Part shown: piece by piece, positions 55,195 to 64,000 of the stretch
How positions within the stretch are numbered: the stretch's first letter is position 1
Layout of the letters: each line of letters opens with the position of its first letter
Assembly (NCBI GenBank): GCA_951406725.2
Contig: OX597816.1
Span: 155,558,001 to 155,622,000, forward strand
Origin: Octopus vulgaris
Taxonomy: Eukaryota
Length of the DNA: 64,000 nucleotides
Direction: 5' to 3'
Position numbers and translations under genes: made by a program
The notes under the pieces: generated by a model
Told to the model about the DNA's origin: nothing
Database searches by the model: none
What the model saw: only the letters and a program-made list of their open reading frames with translations

Positions 55195-55604
55195 ATATAT
55201 TCATATACATATGCATACATGTATAAATAGAGAGATAGAAGTTTGTTAAAATTGTTAGAAGAGTTATTTTGATAAAATATTATCAAAATAGATTACAACT
55301 TATTGAATTTTAATAAATTAAACAGTGAAGAATCACTGCAAGTTTCTACAAACAGAAACAAAATAAAAATGATAGAATTTTGAAATATCTGAGATGTTGA
55401 CATAACTCATTTCATAAATCATGCTTTGAAATATATTTAGTGTCTCAAATTTGTTACTTTTACTTCTTTTTTTGTTTTTACTGTTGTTTTCTTTAATCTC
55501 TTTGTATTGGTTCTAACTTGCTGCATTTGGCTAAGTTGGTAAATCACAAGATCAGCAAGTGAATGGTCAGCAGTTTGGATCTTATTTATAACCAGCAGTG
55601 CATT

Positions 55605-55992
55605 TTATGGTGGCATGTAAAAAGCATCATTCAAGCATGGGTCGTTGTTACTGCCTCCTGATTGGCTCTCGTGCTGGTGGCACATAAAAAGCACCATTCA
55701 AGTGTGGTCAGTGCCAGTGCCTCCTGACTGGCTCTCATGCCAGTGGCACATAAAAAGCACCATTGAAGTGTGGTCGATGCGAGTCCACCTGACTGGAACT
55801 TATGCCGGTGGCATGTAAAATGCACCCACTACACTCTCAGTCGCAGGCGTTAGGAAGGGCATCTAGCTGTAGAAACCTTACTAGATCAGATTGGAGCTTA
55901 GTGCAGCCTTCTGGCTTGCCAGTCCTCAGTCAAACTGTCCAACCCATGCCAGCATTGAAAGTGGACATTAAACAACGATGATGATGATGATA
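55605..55992 (+). mobile_element. RTE 3'UTR with four ~65 bp subrepeats
   Basis: GTGGCA(T/C)(G/A)TAAAAAGCA x4; (GAT)n tail. Confidence 0.85.
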
Positions 55993-56239
55993 GCACATAA
56001 TTGTATTGATCAATCTCATGGCTCAGTTCACCTTAGGTTAGATATCGCAGGCATAGGATGACCAACCTCATGGCTTAGTACACTTTAGGTTAGGTATCAC
56101 AGGAATGGGTTGATGGGATACCTGTAGGGTGTTAGAGGTCAAACCTCCGGGCAGTAGCAACAATATTTAAAACTGATGACTGCGCTATGTAGATTGTTGG
56201 GCAGTTACTAGTGCTGCTGTTGAGAATAAAGTAATATCC

Positions 56240-56270
<31 letters not shown>

Positions 56271-56371
56271 CAATGAGGCTCAGGATGGTAGAGATCATGG
56301 TGATGACAATGATAGAGAGGACTAAGCTGATAATGAAGTTGAAGTTAATGAGGATGATGGCAATATTTGTA

Positions 56372-56610
56372 AGGGTGGTAAGCAGCAAACTGGCAGAATA
56401 GTTAGGTGAAATGCTAAGTGACATTTCATCTGTCTCTATGTTATGAGTTCAAATTCCACCCAAGCTGACTTTACCTTTCATCCATTTTGGGGTCGATAAA
56501 GAAAGTACCAGTTAAGCACGGTGGGGTGGGGTGAGTCGATGCAATCAACTTAGCCCTGAGCTTGCTTGCTCCATGTCAAAATTTAAAACCGATATTTGTA
56601 ACGGTGGTAA
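56372..56610 (+). mobile_element. Nin-like SINE
   Basis: CTGGCAGAA..GAGTTCAAAT..CCTTTCATCC..GGGGTCGATAAA. Confidence 0.75.
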
Positions 56611-57151
56611 TGAGGTAGTCACCCCGGGAACTATATGAAAGAGGACAAAAAGGTTTGTTGGCAATGTTGGAGAGATGGACTGGACTGATTGATTTTCAGA
56701 TGCAAGAGCCATGCTGAGAGTAGAACTGTGACAAAAGCAACACAAATACATATGGCAAACATTGTTGCAAATTCAGCTCACCATCAACTGTAGCTGTTTT
56801 CTAGTTCACAAGAAAAGAGACATATATATATCTTTATAAAGAAAACAAAAAATAGAACAAGAATGTAACAGGCAACAAAAAACATCTGGATAGTTAGACA
56901 AATCAAAAAAGGACAAGAAAAAACAAGGACAAGTCATTCAGAGCTTTCTATCCTCAGTCGAGTTCCAGATCATCTTTGCAGTTTCAGCCAGTTATACTCG
57001 AGATTGCTCCAATCTGGCCAGCCCCAAGAAAATTTAAACTAAGAGCGCTAGACTCCTTGCAAGAAAGCAAGCGAACGTATATGAAAACAAGGATGCAAAA
57101 AACGGAGAAATGGAACGCAACTACAAATACAAAGAACAGGACATTAACAAC

Positions 57152-57625
57152 TGATTTGGTCATGTGATGTGTATGGATGAGGACAGTTGTATAAAGAAGT
57201 GTTGAACTCTAATTTTGGTGGGGTGCTTGTGGAAGGGGTAGACCCAGGACTATGTAGGGTGAAGTGGTGAGAAAGGATCTTCGGGTCTCACTGAGAAAAT
57301 GACAAGCGATTGGAAAATATGGAGATTTGCTGTACTTGGTGAGACATGTTGAGTTAAGTAAAATTGCTGTCTTCCATACACACAGGCTTGTCCTTTCAGG
57401 TGCTGGTGCCACTTAAAAACACCCGTGCTGGTGCTGTGTTAATGCAGCCATGCCAGTGGTACATAAAAATGCACTCAGTACATTCTGTTAAGTGGTTGGC
57501 ATTAGGAAGGGCATCCAGTCATAGAAACCATGCCACAACAGACAGTTGTAATCTGGACAGCTCCCTACCAGCCAATTCTATGTCAAACCATCCAATTCAT
57601 GCCAGCATGGAGAGCGGATGTTAAT
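57152..57625 (+). mobile_element. RTE LINE 3' end (ORF C-terminus and 3'UTR)
   Basis: FGHVMCMDEDSCIKKC..GRGRPRT followed by the common 3'UTR. Confidence 0.85.
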
Positions 57626-57779
57626 CAATGAGGATAGTTGGTTGATTGATAGGTAAGTAGGTAGGTAGGTGGATTAGTGGGTAGGTAAGCAGGCAGGCAG
57701 ATAGATATATGTATGTATGCATGTATGGTCATCATCATCATCACCATTATCAAGATAAAGAGACATATACACTCACATA

Positions 57780-57968
57780 CACAATATATACATACATCCA
57801 CATATCCAATGGGCTTCTTTCAGTTTCCATCTACTAAATCCACTCACAAATCTTTGGCAAACCTGGACATATATCAAAACGCACTTACCCAAAGTGTCAC
57901 ATAGTTGAACTGAATCTAAAACTATGTGGTTGGGAACCCTACTTCTTAAGCACACAATCACACCTGTA
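57780..57968 (-). mobile_element. Diverged SINE 5' part
   Basis: GGGCTTCTTTCAGTTTCC..AAATCCACTCACAA..ATGTGGTTGGG. Confidence 0.75.
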
Positions 57969-57971
57969 CCT

Positions 57972-58205
57972 CAGGTCTGTGGAGTCGAAACAAATAACTT
58001 TGACTCCTCTACTATTAGCTCCTCCGACTCCAACTCTTCTTTATGTAACTAAGTGATTGTGGTCAACATATCTCATAAAGCATATCAATTCGCTTGTACT
58101 TCGTGTAGGCCTCTGTGTTATAACTGGTTTATATTAAAGAATAAAGATATTGTGAGTCGGAATCAGAGTCGTTATAGTTTTACTGATGTTGACTCCACAG
58201 CCCTG
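57972..58205. mobile_element. hAT-type MITE
   Basis: TIRs CAGGTCTGTGGAGTC / GACTCCACAGCCCTG; 8 bp TSD CTGTACCT / CTATACCT. Confidence 0.85.
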
Positions 58206-59423
58206 CTATACCTACTATTTATATAGACTTAAATATACACATATTTCATATGCTTTCATGTGAAGCTTTGATGGTTGTGGTTTCCATAATGCACAAAAGA
58301 CTACGGCCTCATTTAATGCATAGTTCACCCTAAAAGAGTTTTTAACATCCTCAAGTTAAACCAATGTGATGTGTTTGAATCAGCTAAGAACATACTTAAA
58401 CAAGTGCTTCCAGTGAATTCTGCAGTTTACAGTTAAGCGGATCATGATATTGAAGTTGAGTGTCATTGTCCAAGTTCACCGATATAGAACAGCAAAGATA
58501 AAAGTGGGTGAATGTATATTTAATGCATGGAACACAGGTGGTAGTTTCCTTGTAGATAGAATACAATAACTATCTTAGCATATATTAGAATACACCTATG
58601 TATGTATGTAAGTATTTTGAATTCTATTTTTTCTGTTTGCACCAACATATCAACACACACACACACACAACAACAACAACAGCAATAACGATATTCTCAA
58701 AAAATGAAGCAACATAGGTTTATATTTGACTTTAAAGATAGATTAATGTCTTGGGTTTTTTTTTTTTTGTTTTTCAATTTGAAAAAATCTGAATAAGTAT
58801 AAATCTGATGCACTTATTTTACGTTAGTCTGATTGCGTATACATGCATCTACTGATGTAGACATGCCTGGATTTGTATTTTATATGTATATATGAGAAAA
58901 TATGTTTCTTAAAGGGAGAGAGATTAAAGACAAGAAAAGAACTCACAAGATATATTTACACACACATACACACACATGCGTACATATGTATGAATGAATG
59001 TATGCCTGCATACATGCATGTAGGTATGTACGCATGTAGGTATGTATGTAGGGAGGTATGTAGGTATGTATGTAGGTATGTATGATTGTATGCATGTATG
59101 TATGTATGCATATATTTGTGTTAAAATAAAGTTATTGTTTTAAAGCAACTCGTAGAATAATAATGGAAAGTTACAGATGAAGTGACTCTAAACTAGGATT
59201 AGTGTTGAATTTTTTGTAAAGATCAAGTTGACAGGAACTCCACACTGTGTGTGCTTGTGTGTGTGTGCATGTGCTTGCATGCATGTGTGTGTGTGCTCTT
59301 CTATTTTTAATTATTTGAATTATTGTAAGAAAGGAGCTGGTTTCTTACAAAGATAAAAATACTCCATTGTTCGAATGTAGATAACAGAACAAGGTCACCA
59401 TATTGCACTTGAGAAAAGTGTTG

Positions 59424-59918
59424 TCATCATCATTGTTTAACGTCCGCTTTCCATGCTAGCATGGGTTGGACGATTTGACTGAGGACTGGCGAACCAGATG
59501 GCTGCACCAGGCTCCAATCTTGATTTGGCAGAATTTCTACAGCTGGATGCCCTTCTTAATGCCAACCACTGGGTGTAGTGGGTACTTTTATATGCCACCG
59601 GCACGAGGGCCAGTAAGGCAGTACTGGCAACGGTCACAGAAAAATTGTTTTTTTTTTTTTGTTTTCTTATGTAACACCTGCACACCGGCACAAGTGCCAG
59701 TAAGGCGACGTTGGTAATGAACATGCTCAAATGGTGCTTTTTACGTGCCACCGGCACGAACGCCAGTTAGCTGCTCTGGCAACGATCACGCTCGGATGGT
59801 GCTCTTAGTGCTCCACTAGCATGGATGCCAGTCATTCATGCTAGTGGAGCACTAAGAGCACCATCCGAGCATGATCGTTGCCAGAGCAGCCAACTGGCAT
59901 TCGTACTGGTGGCACGTA
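59424..59918 (-). mobile_element. RTE 3'UTR with 5' foldback inversion
   Basis: (CAT)n..TTAACGTCCGCTTTCCATGCTAGCATGGGTTGG; 59742-59823 inverted at 59837-59918. Confidence 0.9.
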
Positions 59919-60039
59919 TTTTTACTTTTCTACTTACAGATAGTAATTGTAATGTGTTAGTGAATTGCTTTGTTTTTTTTTATCTGAAAACTCCAGCTTC
60001 CCCAGATTGTCATTTAGACATCTACTAACAAAACCAAAT

Positions 60040-63000
60040 GCACCAATTATTATTGATATAAATGTGAATTTATAATATAAGTACAGAAGCTGAAAGTTCT
60101 AAAGCAGTTGTTTGTAGTTACCATCTTTCTCTTTGATTCTCAAAGAGATAATGACATCTGTAGGGGAGCTGATATTTATGACTACATATTTTTTCTTGCT
60201 TGTCCCAAACAACAATATTGGACCAGTTCCATTTACATTTGATAAAAGTTTCGATAGGAATGTTCCTCAAATACTCCTTGCCTTGATGTTTATGTACATA
60301 TTCAATAACAGGGGAATTTTCCTTATTTTTCCCAAGATAGTCTTTTTCGTAGATTGCATTGTATATTGTTTTAGCAACAGTATCAATGTTGCATAGGGAG
60401 GCAGTACTTTGATGACATTTTTGGGCAGCTGTTCGTCACATATGATGTCTTCCACAGAAATGTGATATAATTAACATTTTCAGTTGCACCTCGAGGTTCC
60501 AAATGCTTCACTGTCTATTTTGCTCATGAGATATTTTGTAGCAATCTCATGCTCTTGGATTGTAAAAGCATAGCCTTTAAAGTGTAATGTAATGGTTGTA
60601 AGTCCAAGAGAGGGTACACTTTATGCTCTTTTACTCTTTTACTTGTTTCAGTTATTTGACTGCAGCCATGCTGGAGCACCACCTTTAGTTGAAGAGATCG
60701 ACCCCAGGACTTATTCTTTGTAAGCCTTGTACTTATTCTATCAGTCTCTTTTGCCAAACTACTAAGTTACGGGGACGTAAACACACCAGGATCGGTTGTC
60801 AAGCGATGTTGGGGGGGACAAACACAGATACACAAGCACACACACATACAAATATACGATGGGCTTCTTTCAGTTTCCGTCTACCAAATCCACTCACAAG
60901 GCTTTGGTCGGCCCAAAGCTATAGTAGAAGACACTTGCCCAAGGTACCACGCAGTGGGACTGAACCCAGAAACATGTGGTTGGTAAGCAAGCTACTTTAC
61001 CTCACAGCCAATCAACCTCAAGTTTTTAGTAATCATACTCATGCGTAGTCTATTTTGGTATACTGAGCATTTCACATCCAAGTCTCCTTTGAGATACGTT
61101 AATACAGTTATACAGAGGATGTTGGTCTCTTTGCTTTTCAGCACAAGATTTAGGTATTTTTCTTGTTGTTGTTAACCAAGTGCTGTCTAAGAAAGACAAT
61201 ATGATATTGAAAGGGTGCCTGCTCTGATTTCAAACCTCTACCTCCTTTATCTCTTCTTAAGCAGATTCTGTTGATATCACTATATTTGCATAAGTTTCCA
61301 GTTGATGTCAGATTCTTGCAGGTTTTAATGTTTAAGGAGTAGATTCCCTTAACTGAGTATCCCAAAAGTTGGTACCAGCACTGGTAGTTGTGAGAGGAGA
61401 TCTCTGGCTGCTGCATTTTCTAAGTCTGATGTAATATTCTCAGTTCACTCTATCTTTATTCACCACACCTTTGTATGTTAGCATTCTTTTCATAGAAAAG
61501 AAGAGATAGAGAAGTTGTTGATGCACAGGTTCTGGGTTTGGAGGACTGACCATGACTATGTTCAACATCAAATATGAACAGTTCTTTGGGACAAATTCCT
61601 TCCTGTAGGCTAAAAGTGTTATTAAGGCCAGTTGTTTTTTTTTTTTGGACATTGTAAACATTTTTATCATAAATCTTGATGTCATCCATGAAAAAATTAT
61701 GGGTTTCACTGATACTTCTTGCAGTTGCAAACTTTAAGCAGTTGCAGGCTCTGGAATGCTGCCAATGGATTTTTGTAAAAGAAACAATAACAACTTTATT
61801 GCCAACATAAACAGAGGTACACAAATACTATCTGCTTGGAACGTTCAATCTGAAATATTCATAACATTACAAATAATTGATTGTTCCATTCTCAGTTATA
61901 AGTGTGGATTGTTGCTCAGATCTTTGTGAACCTCCCAGTTGGCAGCAGCTAAGGCAGTAGGTACTTTTTCCAAGTGCAGAGTCTTCAGCAACCATGAATT
62001 AAGAACAGAGTCAAATACTTTCCTGTAATCAAGCCATACTTTCACATGGTTTCTTTAGTGTTCTCTTGAGATAGTATGGCTTCTTTTATCAAAAGTTGTT
62101 TGGCACATCCCTATACTCAGTTCATTCTACCTACTTGCTCATCAGTCACTATACTCTTGGACTCACAATGAGCCTGGAGGAACTGGCTGATGCCTAAGCA
62201 TTATGTACAGTTTGTATATAATGTTTAGGTAAGCAATGGGCTTATAGTTTTCTGCCAGCTCAGTAGTTTCATTCTTGGCTACAGGATCTGACTGTGCTAT
62301 AATAAGTCTACTTGATATATCAATTTGGCTTTCTGTAGATTTTACCAACTATTAGGTCTCTTCTAGGTACTTTCTGCTTATGTAGTTTGCTGCAGTGTAA
62401 GTTTTAGGGTTGACTGTGTATGCTTTACTGTCAACTTTGGTGATACAGCATTCTTTCTTAAACCAGAATGATTCGAGATCTTTCTGAGAAGAGGCTTTCT
62501 TATTAGTAATGTTTTTCTTTGTTAACACCTGGTATAATGCCTGTGGTTTGGAAGTAAAATTCTGATTTATATTGGCTCACTCAAAAGTTTTTCTATGATA
62601 AAGAAGCTTTTCACTCAGCCTCCTGAGTCTGTCTTCAAATTGCCTTCCTTCAAGAGCTTGGCATGAAGTGTTACTTTTGAATTTCATTATTTTTTTTTAC
62701 ATAAGATGTAATTGGAAAGGTGTGAAATCATTGTTCTCTGTATATTTCATTATCATGGTTAACAATCCCATATAGCAGCACACATTATTGATGCTTTCTT
62801 CAAGTCTGCTTCGACTATTTTTTCCCATCTAGGTTGTTTCTGCTTAGCATATGCACTACATGTTTCTCCAAGGTGTTCTTTAAAATTCATTATAACTGTT
62901 TATAGGAAAGAATAAATTGTCCAGTTATATACACCACATGATTCCATGTGATCACCAGCAATATAAACAATAACTTTTGAAATGAGAGAAGTTGGCTTTT

Positions 63001-63150
63001 TATTTAGTCCCATTAAACATGGCCTTTTGCTCAGCAATAGAATAGAAAGACTGGAAAAATATTTTATGAATTGTGATTTCAAAATGTTCTTAAGTTCAAT
63101 TTATTCTGTGGGCATTTCTATTGAATTGGTTGAATGTGGAGACATATGAG
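60040..63150 (-). mobile_element. Degenerate R4/Dong-like LINE (RT and C-terminal region), interrupted by a SINE
   Basis: ENYKPIAYLNIIYKL, WLDYRKVFDSV, FFMDDIKIY, SDINRICLRRDKGGRGL motifs in broken frames. Confidence 0.75.
60625..61012 (-). mobile_element. tRNA-derived SINE (same family as 6143-6553)
   Basis: Colinear high similarity to 6143-6545. Confidence 0.9.
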
Positions 63151-63339
63151 AGTTGAGCTATGCCGGCAGTGGTTTATTTACTTCATCAGTTTCTCTTATA
63201 GTAGATTCTAGTTTGTTCCCAATGTATTGAGAAGATCGGTTAGCATCAATAGAGCTGGAATAACAGCTGCAATTTGTGACAGTCATTTGTATGTATGTAT
63301 GTATGTGTGTGTGTGTATGTATGTATGTGTGTATGTATG

Positions 63340-63373
<34 letters not shown>

Positions 63374-63844
63374 TATATGTGCATATGTATATATAAGAGT
63401 TAAACAGGATGTCAAACATTAAGGCAAAGCAAATATCTCAAGTCATATACAATATTATTATAGGAAGAAATTCAAAATCTTACAGCTATTTCTAGGATAT
63501 CCCTGAGTAGGGGATATTCCATCATCAGAGACAAATAGGGGAAAAAATATGCAAAATGAGAATGGTATATATTAATAATATGACAACATAGAGGAAATGA
63601 GTAAAAGAATAAGGAGATGGAAAGAGATGGAAAAAAGAAGCATAAAAGTTCATAGTTCAAATTTCAAAAGTGATATAAACCAGAACTGTTTAACTATTAT
63701 ATATCTGCCGCATTGGAAATCTGCAATGGCTCCATAACTACTGTCTTGGCTATGACCTTGGAGCCTCAGTAATCTGTTACAGCACTTAGAGTTCCTAATT
63801 GTTTAGATCACCTGTGAAGTAAAATGCCATACTTTGTATATATA

Positions 63845-64000
63845 TCATCATCATTGTCGTTTAACATCCACTTTCCATGCTGGCATGTGTTGGATGGGTT
63901 TATTGAGGACTGGGAAGTCAGAAGGCTGCACCACACTCCAATCTGATCTGGAAAAGTTTCTACAGCTGGATGCTTTTCCTAATGACAACCACTCCAAGAG
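63845..64000 (-). mobile_element. RTE 3'UTR fragment (runs off the window)
   Basis: (CAT)n..TTAACATCCACTTTCCATGCTGGCATG..TTTCTACAGCTGGATG. Confidence 0.85.

Noticed and set aside
55605-55830. Regularly spaced GTGGCA..AAAAAGCACC repeats resembling a CRISPR array
   Set aside because: Spacers are similar to each other, the context is eukaryotic, there are no cas genes, and these are RTE 3'UTR subrepeats.
56935-56962. Minus-strand CTGAGGA-TA-GAAA-GC-TC in a TA-flanked repeat (56820-57150)
   Set aside because: No stem II and no convincing stem I; cannot be supported as a ribozyme from this copy.

Overview
AT-rich, microsatellite-dense eukaryotic non-genic (intergenic or intronic) DNA. The SINE and LINE families look like those of an octopus or other coleoid cephalopod (inference). 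I found no convincing host protein-coding gene; the long YIYI/HTHT ORFs are translations of microsatellites. The window is a mosaic of mobile elements: tRNA-derived SINEs, CR1/L2-group, RTE and R4/Dong LINE pieces, Penelope-like elements (PLEs) with GIY-YIG endonuclease remnants, Tc1/mariner, Tigger, piggyBac, hAT MITE and Helitron remnants, plus a 100-N gap. The main signal is about nine minimal type I hammerhead-ribozyme (HHR) motifs from about five sequence families. Most have palindromic stem III, and all lie in elements that abut (TA)n tracts. They include an ORF-less tandem pair 554 nt apart (27176-27781) that resembles a retrozyme or non-autonomous PLE unit. Other notable structures are a ~3.2 kb near-perfect palindrome (9130-12322) with two divergent RTE endonuclease ORFs, and three insertions flanked by unusually long (~95-128 bp) direct repeats. 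Coordinates were counted by eye and may be off by a few bases.
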